Assembly: GCA_964247055.1 (NCBI GenBank)
Contig: OZ176051.1
Coordinates: 5,146,001 to 5,210,000 of the forward strand
From: Paragordius varius
Taxonomy: Eukaryota; Animalia; Nematomorpha
Direction: 5' to 3'
Length of the DNA stretch: 64,000 bases
Below, piece after piece: positions 1 through 11,967 of the stretch; the stretch's first letter is position 1; every line of letters starts with the position of its first letter. The notes beneath the pieces were generated by a model. The model worked only from the letters and a program-made list of their open reading frames with translations, did not search any database and was not told where the DNA came from. The position numbers and the translations under genes are program-made.

Positions 1-110
1 TTGTAACATTTATTATAAATTACAACGTTTTAAGCAAAAGATGTAAAAATATTTGTAAGAAAATAGTCTCGATTATTAGTTTTGATGAATTATGAATATA
101 TGATTTACAG

Positions 111-504
111 CAGAGGTCGGCAACCATTTTTTGGGGGTGAGCCCTTTTTTAAATAAAAAATTTTGAGCCTGCCCTACGCTTGAAAATGTAATTAAAATAG
201 CACTCTCTGTCAATATAATAGTATATTAATAAAATGGAAAAAAATTATTCTTAACATACATGCCACATAAATAATGTGACTTTAAGCAATTTTGCACTCC
301 TTTTTAATTAAAAACCTAATTTTATTCATGACTATAATAGTTTATTTTCATTCATTTATTAAAAATTCAATGTGCTTTCTGTTTTTGAATATTCTTTGAT
401 AATTTATTTAATCTAGTTGTGTTTTCGATACTGAGACTCTCAACAAGTTTTGCAACGCTTAGGTTAATTTATTTTTTTTAGCCACGGTAGGTTGCCGACC
501 CCTG
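111..504. mobile_element. hAT-family MITE
   Basis: TIRs CAGAGGTCGGCAACC ... GGTTGCCGACCCCTG; 8-bp flanks ATTTACAG / GTTTACAG (7/8 TSD match); no ORF. Confidence 0.85.
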
Positions 505-999
505 GTTTACAGTGTTAATCGTTTGTAAAGTAATAAATTAATTAACAGGCACCAAAAATAATTTTATTTTTGTCATAAAATTTGTCATTAGATGCCTGTT
601 ATGATTATATGATTGTAACCACTGAAATTTTAAATGGGAATCGTTGGTTAGAACGCATGACATACAATGAAAACGAAGATGGCTGATAAAATAAGAATGT
701 CCTAAATTAAATTATTATTTATCTCTTTATTTATTATCATATATATAATCAAGATCTAATAAATTGGTTAAAATGAAATATATGTATATAATTAAATAAA
801 CTAGCACACACATCTGAATACCAATTTGATTATTATTCAAAAAATTAAATTATTTATTTGTGTGGTGAAAATTATTGCAAATAAAATGTATAATCAATCA
901 AACATTCCAACATGATGATATGACAGTATATACCGCTTTTAAAAAATACAAAAAAGGAGAAAATGCAATGCGTCGTTCATGTGTGTGATTGATTATTTT

Positions 1000-3900
1000 T
1001 TAAACTTTTTGATGTCGTCTAGTTTCCCTGCCCAAGATACCGCGTTTGTCGTTTAGGGACCCATGCAAACTCAGGTAAATAGATAGGGTGGAAAGTAATC
1101 TAAAGTAAAATATCATTATTATTATTTTTATGTAAAAATTAAAAAAAAATCAAAAATTCTTATTTTTTAGAGAATTCCATATTTTTTTATAAAACCTATC
1201 TTATGGCTGCGAAATAAGGAATAAATTTAGATAGAAATAAGTAACACTAAAGTTTATTATATGTTGCACAATTGTAATCGATAGGTTACATACAAAAAAA
1301 ACAAGGATCAAAAATTATTTTTCTTAAAAATATTAGTTTTATTACTTTTCATTTTTTCTGCATTATCTTAATTATTACTGTATGTATATTAAATTTTAAA
1401 TTTAGTTTTTTGCTAAATGTCAAATATTTATCATTGTAAGATCTGCTAAATTTTTACTTTAAATTTTGTTGCATTTCCAAATATTTGATAGCATCATTAA
1501 TCCAACCATCGGCAACTAATCTGGGCTGACCGCGTAATAAATTTAAAACCTAAAAATAGTAAAATTTACATATGCATGCATATGGTAAAATAAAAAAGAG
1601 ATAAAAACTAAAAGACAAATATTTTTATAAAATACAACCATGCATATTTTTCCAACATTAGCTAATATATTGTAATACCATTACCACCTCTATTTTTAAT
1701 CTTAAAACACAAATAGATAAAGGCTGATTTATAGAAAAATATTTCTCTTTTAGTTTTTATATAAATTCATTACTGTAATAAAATTTTCGAGTGCAATGTA
1801 TATAATAATTGTTTTGTCTTACTTTAACAGCGCTAGTAATATCTCTTTTCTGTAAAACATAATATTCAGCCAAGGATAAAACTTCAAATGTGTCTCCAGT
1901 AAACCGGATTGTAGACGCTTTCCTAACAAACAGAAATATTATTATATTTTTTTGAGCAAATACTTTTTTTGGAAAATTAATAATCTGTTCCAAAAAAATA
2001 ATTATTTAAAACTGTGTGTTGGCCATGAAAAAATTATTTAATTAATAAAATCTTAAATAAAATTTCACTCATTTGTGGCAATATTTTCTTTGGGGGTAGT
2101 TTCAAGTTCATTTGCTGTCTTTACAACATCGGGTAAAACACGCAAGTAATAATTGTTGTCTGTTTCTCTGATCACACACAAAAAACGATAAAAATAATGT
2201 TAAATTCTAATTTAAGAATATTAAAAAATATTGAGAGTTACAAAGGAATGATACCCAAATTATGAGAAAAATATATGGCTTAATATGCGCATCTCATATC
2301 TTTTTTGAAAAATAAATAATTAATGGAATTTTATACTTTTGCTTTTGGTTCATTCTTATGAAATTTGTGGAATCGATATACCCAACTTAAACAATTATAA
2401 CCTAAAAATTATTTTAAAATTCAGGTGCATGAAGATCAGAATGAGCTCAGAAGCTATTAAACGCTGTGTATGAGGTCAACTTTTTGTGAAAAAGTTTTAA
2501 CAAGTTTTTCATTTAAAACGGCACAGATATATGCGTCCCATAATTTTAATATAAAAGAATGAAAAATTTAAAACACAATTATTTTTCCCTAAAGGCAGCC
2601 ATATTTTTTGAAACCATGATTTTTTCCTTAAAGGCAGCCATAATTACAATTGATATATAATTAAGTTAGTTACCAATTTACATTTATATTCCTTTTTTGC
2701 TATCCAAATCGAGAGTGGATATTTAAAAAAGTATGACAGCCCATATAAAAAAATAAATAATTTTTAGTTTTGTCTTTATAATTACAAGTTTCACACATAT
2801 ATCTATCTTCATTGAAAAGTTTATATAACAACTTATATTTTATGGTAAAATGCCAAAATTCCCCCCCCTAAAATCTTTATGTTATTTATTTAACAATACT
2901 TTTCATTCATGGTGTGTGTTGGATCCATTTGTGTAATGTCAATCGCTTTGACAGTTTGAAGCGAAGGTGCAATAATAAAAAGGCTTTGTAGGTAACTGAA
3001 AGCATAACGTAACAAAGATGAATCTGGATCGTGGACCATTGCAACTCGACTACAGACACGTTTAACATTGGGAAAACGATTAATTAAACATCTTAGTGTG
3101 GCAATATAATTATTATCATCAATTTCATTTTCGGATTCAACGAATTGGGTATGTTCATAACCAATTTTATGCGTTTCCGACTCATTAATATTACTTTTTT
3201 GATAATCGTCAAAAACTGCGGAATGAGTCTCAAAATTTTTTATCCTATCCAATGTATCGTCAGTCGACGCCTGAAATAAAATTGTTGAGATTCAGATGAA
3301 AAAAAACTATATTCTGGTGTAAATACAAGCATTATATGCATTGTTTTTCATTTATTACTTAATTCAGGTATGATTATGTCCAATTTATATCAAATATTGC
3401 TTAATATAGAAATGATTTAATTCAAATCAAAAAATTTGGTGAACTTATAATAATTTTCAAAATATCTAACAAATGTTTTAATATTCAAAAAATTTGTGTT
3501 TTATACGTAAATCAAACTAAACTTTAACAAGAAATAAACAGGACAATTCCTCAATAGTGATTAATTGGATTATATTTCAATATATTTCTTAATCAACCAT
3601 TCTATAAAAAACCCAATGATGTTTTAAAATTAATGTAAATAAAATTTCATACCGATTCATATTTAACGAATGATTGACCAATCTGTTTAAATAGGGCGTA
3701 TATAATCGATTCTTCATTCCCACTTTTGACATTAGAAGTAAAAAATGCTTTAGATACCAGCGGTACATATTTCGTTAGTAAACTATGGAAATATGTGTAA
3801 GGTATTTCATAATACATTGTTGATGTTGATGATGGTTGCTTAAATTGATCATTGTCCTGCTTTTCTAATGGATCATGAAATCCCGTCAGGGCTTTAGTTA

Positions 3901-6900
3901 AGGCACAAGACACGGCCCATAATTGAACGGTGTGTAGGAAGGTTTGACGATATCCAAAAGTATCTGTAAGAGTCATAATTTACAGTAAAAATTAGTAAAA
4001 CATAAAGGTATAAAAGGAATAGTAAGATGACATAATCCTTTATTTCTATATAACTGATATGATTACGATTATGAAATATCTATTGTGTGTGTGTGTGTGT
4101 TCCCCATCTAGCAACCCAAAACAATGATTAATAATAAAATAATTTATTAAAAAAAAATATATACCCTACTTTTTATGTTTTGTCTTGATAATTTTAATTA
4201 TTTAGCTAACATACGAGATTAAATATAGATTTCGCCTTTTTTCATTATGTATAGGATCTATGGCATTTATGGAATATAATCAAATTAAAAAAGTTTTTGT
4301 GTATGCAGGTACAACTCTAATTTTTAATTGATAAAAGTAAAAATAAAATAAATTATATGATTGAGCATGCGTTAAAATGTTTTAGCTAAATAATGTGAGC
4401 ACAACAAGGACGAATTATTATTGGCTAAAAAGGAGTTTTAATTGGTGAATAAAGAAAAATAATTGTATATGTGTAGATTAAAATGCATGTACAAATTTTT
4501 TGATTATTCCTCTTAAATAACGCATAAGCTGTTATGCAGGGGTAGGCAACACGGGGCACGTGAATTTGGAATTTGCACAAATGTGCTCACAAAATCTTAA
4601 AAAAATTGATGTTTTTTAAGAAATTTTTCTATATAGGTCATCCGTTTGTCAAATCTACAAAAAATTACTACATTACGTTTGCATTTTGCAGTCTTATGTT
4701 TGAAATGTAATAAATAATTTAATGATGTATAATTTCAAATGAAGCTCACTGAATTTTTTTAGTTAAAAATGCGGCCCGCGAAGGCATTTTAGTTAAACAC
4801 CCTAGCTGTAATGCATTTTAAACTCAATTTTACTTATAAATTGATACTTATGTTTTGTTTTTTGTATTATAAAAAAAGTTTGAAAAAAAAAACCATTGAT
4901 TGCTCGTTCGATCCCATCAAATTTGGATATGTATTCTTTCCGTATGCTTTGATTTCGGAGCTCTTCTTGTTTAATTTTATCCTAAAAAACATATATTTAT
5001 CATAAGAATATAGAGATAGTATCGCAATTAGATGTATATATATATATATATATATTTATCAGTCTAATTTCTCATACAAATAAAAACGGTATTTAGACTA
5101 GGAAAAAGTATATTTAATAATATGCTGTTTGGATATTAAAACCACAACGATTAAAATTTAATTTAAAAAATCTTTAATTTATCTATAAATTAACTATTTT
5201 ATCAATCGAAATCACAATAAAAAACTCTATATCCATATGTCTATTCAAATCTACCCCATTTTTAAAATCGTTTCAAATAATATAGTAAGTAATACATTAG
5301 TTTTGTCATATATAATATAAAGCAAAGAACATTTTGGAATACTTTAACCATTAATGTTTCTATTCGCTTTATATTAGCAGGCAATAATAATGAAAAATAC
5401 TAGCTATGTATTTTAACTCATACAGTATTGATGTTTCTACTACGGAAATTATTAAAAACCTGCAATTGTATTTCATTTAGTTTCAAAAGTTCGGCCCTCT
5501 GTTGAGATAATAATTCAGCCATACGCTTTTCATTTTCAGACGTTTGTTGGGCCAATTGCATTTGTAATTTTTGTTTGTAATCAAGGGCATTTTCTTTTGG
5601 CTAACATAGAAATATATTATATTGCAGTATAAAATTTTAATAAAAAAAGATATAAAAAGTAAATGATTAATTAATTTTTTTATAAAAAAACTCGTGTTTT
5701 ATTATACTTAATTTATATTAATTATTCCAATCAAATTTATCAATTAAGGGTGCTACCAATTTACATACCCCGTATTTGGTAATCGGTTAATTATAAATAA
5801 TAAGGGGTTAAAATATATAATTATACTTTTTAAAAAATTTTTGTTTAATTTTTACGTTTTGCCTTAATCATTTAAAATTTTTTCTCAAACAAAAATTACA
5901 ATATAATATAAAAAGCAAAAGTCAAATATTTTTTCATAAAAAACAAATTTTGGGAGCCATGACATGTAAATTAGTAACAATCAATTTTATATTTATAGCA
6001 ATATAAATATTGATAAAAAATCAAGTTCTATTAATATATTTTCTAATCATTTATATCTTTATAATTTTAATATTTACTAAAATAAATTACAAAAAAATAA
6101 AATACTTCAATTTCCTTCTTAACAAGTGCTGTTGTTTGACTTTCTTTTGCAATTTTTTCACGGTTTTGTACGACATCTCTTATATCTTGGTCAAATTTTT
6201 TGGCTAATTCTTGTTTTTGATTTTCAAGCGCTTTTTCTATCTGAGTCTCTGATAAAACCTTTTTAAAAACAAAAAAAATAATTTTTTATCTCAAAAAAAA
6301 TTATTTTGACAAAAAATAAATGTATTATAAAAAATACTTTTTGTCGGGCCAACTCCTTTTGATATAAATTCAATTTTTTATAAGCGTGGACCAAAAGAGC
6401 ATTTAAATCTTGATTGGTATAATCGGTGCCTAAAACAAAAAAATATTTTATTTTTCCATTTTTTTAAAAAAATAACTCATAGAATTAATTTCGGATTTTA
6501 AAAAAAAGTTCCATATAATTTCCAATAATTTTATTAATATCTACCTTAATGATTTATGTCAATTGTTTTTTTAATTTGCATCAACACCCCTAAATAAATT
6601 TTCATTGTTCAAGGGTAAATTTGAGGTGAAATAATATACTTTTAGATTTTAAAGGTAAATTTTTACCATTAATATATTTTTTTAATAGTTTTTCATATTC
6701 AAAAATATATGTTCTAAATATAATTGTAACCGAAATACCATTTTCTGAAAATAAAATAGTACATAATCATAAAAATTAAAAAGTGATTGAATTTATCAGA
6801 TATACCAAATAAACTCCATTTTTCGCGTTCAGCCACGGGACTTATTGTAAGAACTTCTTTTTTCAATTGTTCCTTTGCTTTATGTAATGTATTGGCATAA

Positions 6901-9007
6901 CTGTTAAATATACGGCCTTTATTTTCCACTTCTTTCATCTGAAAAATTAATAAATACTATTTAATTCAGATTTAAAAATGAATGATCGTTTAAAATTTGT
7001 TTTTTATAAATAATTTTTTATGATGTACAAAAAAATATATTAGAGATAAGAAATATAGGACTATATATTTAATGTATATTTATTATTAAATAAAAGATAG
7101 GTAAACAAAACCATTTGAAAATAATCTTTTTAACAAAGTGTATTCTATTATTTATTCATTTAAAATTTTATTATTTATAACGGACCATAATTTAAGTCCA
7201 AAACGTATGTTAATTAATTTTTTATTTAAATATTTTATTTAGAAAATGATTATAATTAATTCATTAAATATCCATTTACAGTTCAGGTTCACTTGAACAA
7301 TTCAAATATACTCTTTCACCCTCGAACAATTTAAATTCCCCTTCAAACATTCAAATTTACCCTAAAATAAATAATACGTTTTTTTAAGATTAAAAATTAC
7401 CTTTATTTTTTAATATTTTTAAAATATGAAATTCTGTTTAAAATTAATATTAGGCTGAAAAAATAATAAACTAGGTAATAAAAATTTATTTCATATTAAT
7501 AATAATCATATATTAGCCCAAAAATACTTAATTTATTTTTAGGGTTTAAATTTTTCAAGGGTGAATTTTAATTGTTCAAGGGTGAATTTGAATTGCAAAT
7601 GGTATACTTCTTTTTCATATTGGCTGAGTCTTGAAAGTTGTTCTTGAACAAATTTTTCGTAATCTCCCAATTTTGCAGCATTTATACCAGGATTATTTTT
7701 ACCATGGTCTATTAACTCTTGCATGGTTTGCATTTCTGCCCTAAAGTAAGTAGTCAACAAATAAAAGTTTTTAGTAAATTTTCAAAAAATTATAAAATTT
7801 AAAACTAATTTTATATAGATTGCTCTTGATAAAATAAATTTATAGAAATAAATTACAATGATGATTTGAGTGCTCTCTGAGTCTTATTTTGAAGGTTGAT
7901 TTTTTGATCATTTAGACCAAATATAATATTCCATTTTTCGCTTTCTTCATCAAGCTAAAAACAAATTTATTTATTCAATTAGAAATATTGATAAAAATAA
8001 AACCTTAACTTGTTATATATATAAAATAAAAGTACAATTTTTTACTAATAAACTTTATGATTTAAAACCTGTTGATATAAAACATATATATCCAGAATTT
8101 TTAAAAAATATACATATGCTTTCAATTTTCCAAATATAAAATTATAAAAATGTGATGGATAGTTTTGCAAAAATTATTAAACCAAAAAATATTTGAATAA
8201 ACATTTTTATAAAATAGATTTGTCTTACATTAGAGCTATCCTTTTCCATAACATCTTTGTAGGCGTTAGTATGAAGTTCTATAAATTTTTCGTATTCACT
8301 GAAGATTCGTTCCAAACTCCCAAACATAGTCAGAAAATTTTTGTAAGATTTCACAAGTGATTTTTCAATGTCTGTTATTATGAGAAAATATAGAGTGTTT
8401 CGCAATTTCATACCAAAAAACAATTTACGATTCAAAAAAAATAGTCTAGTAGTTTTAATTTAATTACCATTTAATTTAAGGTTGTTGAAAAATCTTTAAA
8501 AAATCTAAAAATATAAAACCTGTTTCTGCATTGTGTAGAGTCGGTGATATTGCCTCAACCAAAATAGCTAAACAAATGAAATAAAATACATTTTTCAAAT
8601 TTATATTGGTAATTTGTTTAAAAGCTTTGTATATTAATAAAAAATATTGTATGTATATTTAACCTTCTTTCTCTTTTTTTACTTCTTTGTCACCATATAA
8701 AGGCTTATTCAAACCAAGTCCTTTAATAAATTCATTTAAATCATCTATAAATGAGCGTATAGGTTGCACGTAATCTCGAAGTGGATCACTATATTTGTAA
8801 AATTTACAATTCATACTTATCAGATACAATTCGATCAAAAATAATTTTTGAGTCTGGAACGTAATATTCGATTTTATTTCTAAATTCGGGATCGTGCGCA
8901 TATATGTAAAAAGCCGAGCCTGCGGCAGTCAATCCCAAAAATGTAAGCGTTTTATATGGAAACTTGGACCTATATAAATTGAAAATGGGTAATAAACTTT
9001 TTAACAT
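1000..9007 (-). CDS. IMMT: MICOS complex subunit Mic60 (mitofilin), 17 exons, ~805 aa
   Basis: Phase-consistent GT-AG exons: 9007-8817, 8788-8664, 8567-8520, 8371-8229, 7954-7857, 7740-7608, 6938-6806, 6429-6338, 6258-6106, 5600-5460, 4981-4894, 3963-3653, 3270-2900, 2167-2069, 1922-1823, 1549-1458, 1099-1000 (2418 nt). Family motifs: N-terminal TM plus YAHDPEFRNKIE; DLNALLVHAYKKL; QLWAVSCAL; RVAMVHDPDSSLLRYAFSYLQSLF; DTFEVLSLAEYY; LRGQPRLVADGWINDA (mitofilin domain). Confidence 0.92.
4537..4805. mobile_element. hAT-family MITE in IMMT intron
   Basis: CAGGGGTAGGCAAC ... GTTAAACACCCTAG imperfect TIRs; flanks CTGTTATG / CTGTAATG (7/8 TSD). Confidence 0.7.
7272..7602. mobile_element. TA-flanked MITE with 21-nt subterminal tandem repeats (family A)
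   Basis: Ends CCATTTACAGTTC ... GAATTGCAAATGG flanked by TA/TATA; subterminal repeats of CAATTCAAATTCACCCTTGAA in inverted orientation at the two ends; related copies at 20947-21260, 22177-22368, 45997-46232 and 49897-50070. Confidence 0.8.
8789..8816 (-). other. 28-nt micro-intron (IMMT intron 1)
   Basis: gtatgaattgtaaattttacaaatatag; removal joins ORF 8804-9007 to ORF 8659-8901 in frame (phase 2); read-through hits a TAA. Confidence 0.75.
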
Positions 9008-9085
9008 TTACATAAGTTGAATAAAAGACCGAATTTGAAACGACGCGTGACAACATTTAGCAGTATATTGTTACTTTGGCCAAAA
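9008..9085. promoter_or_regulatory. 78-bp spacer between divergent start codons of IMMT and LIPT1 (putative bidirectional promoter)
   Basis: ATG on - strand at 9007 and first ATG on + strand at 9086; contains the CpG palindrome ACGCGT. Confidence 0.6.
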
Positions 9086-11600
9086 ATGCAAACATCGAAA
9101 ATACATGGTAATAAATTACATATGATAACTCTTAAGAGTTATTTAAACGCACCGATTTTATTTTCCCAATCCAATAACATTTTCTATAACCTTGCACTCG
9201 AAACATATTTGTATGAAAATTCCTTTCAAAAACACCTTTTGTTTTACATTAATCAGCCTTCGGTGATTATTGGTCGCTTTCAGAATCCGTGGAAAGAAAT
9301 AAATTTAGAATATGTGAAAGCAAACACCATAAATGTTGCTAGGCGCTATAGCGGTGGAGGAGCTGTTTATCATGATTTAAACAATTTAAATATATCATTT
9401 ATCACTCAAAGGTTAGAATACAATCGTAAAAATAATTTGTTGTTTATTCAGGATTCTTTAAAAAAATTGGGGTATACCAATTTAACTCTTAATGATAAGG
9501 ATGACATTTTGCAGAATTCAAACAAAATATCTGGAAGTGCTGCTAAATTAAGCTCGAAAATGTGTTATCACCATTGTACTTTGTTAATTAACTCAGATTT
9601 GGAAAAAGTGAAAAATGCCCTAAACTCGCAGGTAAGGTTTACTATATTTGCCTTTTAGTTTCGGGTGTAACCGCTCGAAAACTACCTTTCTTTGTTATTA
9701 TCAAAAAATAATCTCGCAATTATTTTGCACTCTAAGCAAAAAAGAGGGTTAATTTTTTTATTTATGGAATAGCTTATGACCAGCGAATTCATTTGCCGAA
9801 ATTATTATTTGTTGACAACCTAGTTTTAGAAATATTGAGAGAAAAAGGATAATTGAAAAAACAATGATAAAATTTGAATTATTATGGTTTATTATTATTT
9901 TAGGATATATTAATATTTAAATAACTTAAAATCTATAGTTAGGGCTTCTATAAAATTTCAGGTCAAAAGCTGGTGTTTTTCTTTTAACACCCTTAAAAGA
10001 CAAAAAATTTTAATGAAACTATATTAAAATAATTTTTTTAACTACTTACTACCTAAACTCACTACTAAAATCTTAACATTCAAATTCAGTAAAAAAACAT
10101 ATATCAAAATAATACCAAAAGTATTGTTTTTTATTTTTGCATTTTTTTGTCATCTGGTTTATAAGTGCATAAAAAATTTATACTGTTTTATTTTTGAATC
10201 TTACATGAGATATAATTTATGCGAAATAGGATTCAAAAGTAGTGGAATATCAACCAACAATCCGCACAAATTCCAATGAAATATTAATTTGTTATAAAAC
10301 AGACTTGTTATAGGGATTTGAAGGATTGTTGGTTAATTCCACTACTTTTAAATTTTATTTGCATAAATTATATACTTATAATTCCCACTCATGTAATCCA
10401 AAATAAAACAGTATAAATATTTTTACACTCCTAGATGACAAAGAAATGCAAAAATAAAAAGCAATATTTTTAGTTTTTTATTTTAATATATAAGTTTTTT
10501 TACTGAATAAAATATGAATGGTAAGATTTTAATAGTGAGTTTAGGTAATAAATAGTTAAAAAAAGTATCATATAGTTTCATTTAAAAAATTTCGTCTTTT
10601 AAGGGTGTTAAAAGAAAAACGCCATCTTTTGAGCTAAAATTTTATATAACTAACTATATGATTTAAGGCTTTATATTAAAAATATATGCTAAAATGATAA
10701 TAAACCATAATATCTCAAATTTTATCATTATTTTTTGATTTATCCTTAATTATCCTTATTCACTTTTTGCCCGATTTGGATTTTCGCTCAATATTTCAAA
10801 AACTAGTTGTCAACAAATAAAAACTTTTGCGGCAAATGAATACGCTAGTCATATATAAATTTGTGAATGCATAGAAATTGTTTTTTTAGGATGTATTCAT
10901 TAATTATAAACAAACGGAAATTGATGTAAATTTGTGGATATATTAATTTTCAATTATTTTTTATTAGAGATTATGACACTAAAACAGATTCAAATTATAA
11001 CAAATACTTGCTTCATGGTGTAACTGTTTATGGTTATGAATGACTGCAAATTAACCATAATATTGATATTTATTTATTTCATTTATTTAAAAACAAACAA
11101 AAACATTAATTTCAATTTATTTGTTTTTGTAGATTATCATAGATGAGTGTAAAGGAACACCCAGTAGAAAATCATCCGTTCAAAATCTATCCCCGGAAAT
11201 TGATATCAAAAAACTTTTACTTTTTATTAGCAAAGAATATTCACGTAAATTGGACAAAACTAACTTGGCCATTTCAAACAAGGCCCTTGTAACTGAAATA
11301 AATCCTGAATGCTATGCAAAAGATCTCCAACAATCTTATTCAACCCTATCAAGTTGGGATTGGATTTATGGGAAAACGCCAAACTTTGTTTATCAAATTG
11401 AACATTCCGGTCATATGTATGATATACATGTTCAAAATGGTATAATTACTGAAATAAAAACCAAAAAAGGTGATGGTTTTAAAAATATTCAAGACCAAAA
11501 TGTCAAATTTAATATTCCCTTAATCCCTCAAATACTTAATCAATACGATGATTATTTATTGCAAAGTTCTAAAACCAATAAAATATCTAACAGGAGCTGA
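9086..11600 (+). CDS. LIPT1: Lipoyltransferase 1, mitochondrial; 2 exons (9086-9631, 11133-11600), ~337 aa
   Basis: NLALETYLY, NQPSVIIGRFQNPWKE, RRYSGGGAVYHD, KISGSAAK and HHCTLL motifs; CAG|gtaagg donor and tttgtag acceptor, phase 0; C-terminal WDWIYGKTPNF. The start could be the next Met at 9122. Confidence 0.93.
9775..10853. mobile_element. ~1.08-kb palindromic (foldback) element in the LIPT1 intron
   Basis: Arms of ~500 bp are reverse complements (TATGACCAGCGAATTCATTTGCCG vs reverse complement of GCGGCAAATGAATACGCTAGTCATA), centre near 10290; moderately diverged. Confidence 0.85.
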
Positions 11601-11772
11601 TAACCCAATTATTGTGATAAACAAAGGAATTTGAATAAATGATTTTCATTTATTTTTAAACGGCGTAATTATAATATAATGCAAATATTTCACGTACAAT
11701 GTTTCAACAGGATGGGTAATGATGATGTAGTGTTATACATAAAATAAATCATTAAATAATAATACATACAAG

Positions 11773-11801
<29 letters not shown>
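11773..11801. repeat. (TA)n microsatellite between the convergent LIPT1 and RNF19 3' ends
   Basis: Direct reading; other (TA)n runs near 5035, 17448, 30140, 30672 and 39720. Confidence 0.95.
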
Positions 11802-11805
<4 letters not shown>

Positions 11806-11967
11806 AACATGGCATGCCTAAATTATAAATAGATGAATAAATTATTTGATAAATAAGGGTGAATAAAAAAATATTATATAATAATTGAGTAGTATAAAAT
11901 ATATAATATAGTATTTAAAAAGATTCCATAAATTAACCATTATAATAATAATTAATTAAAAACCAAA

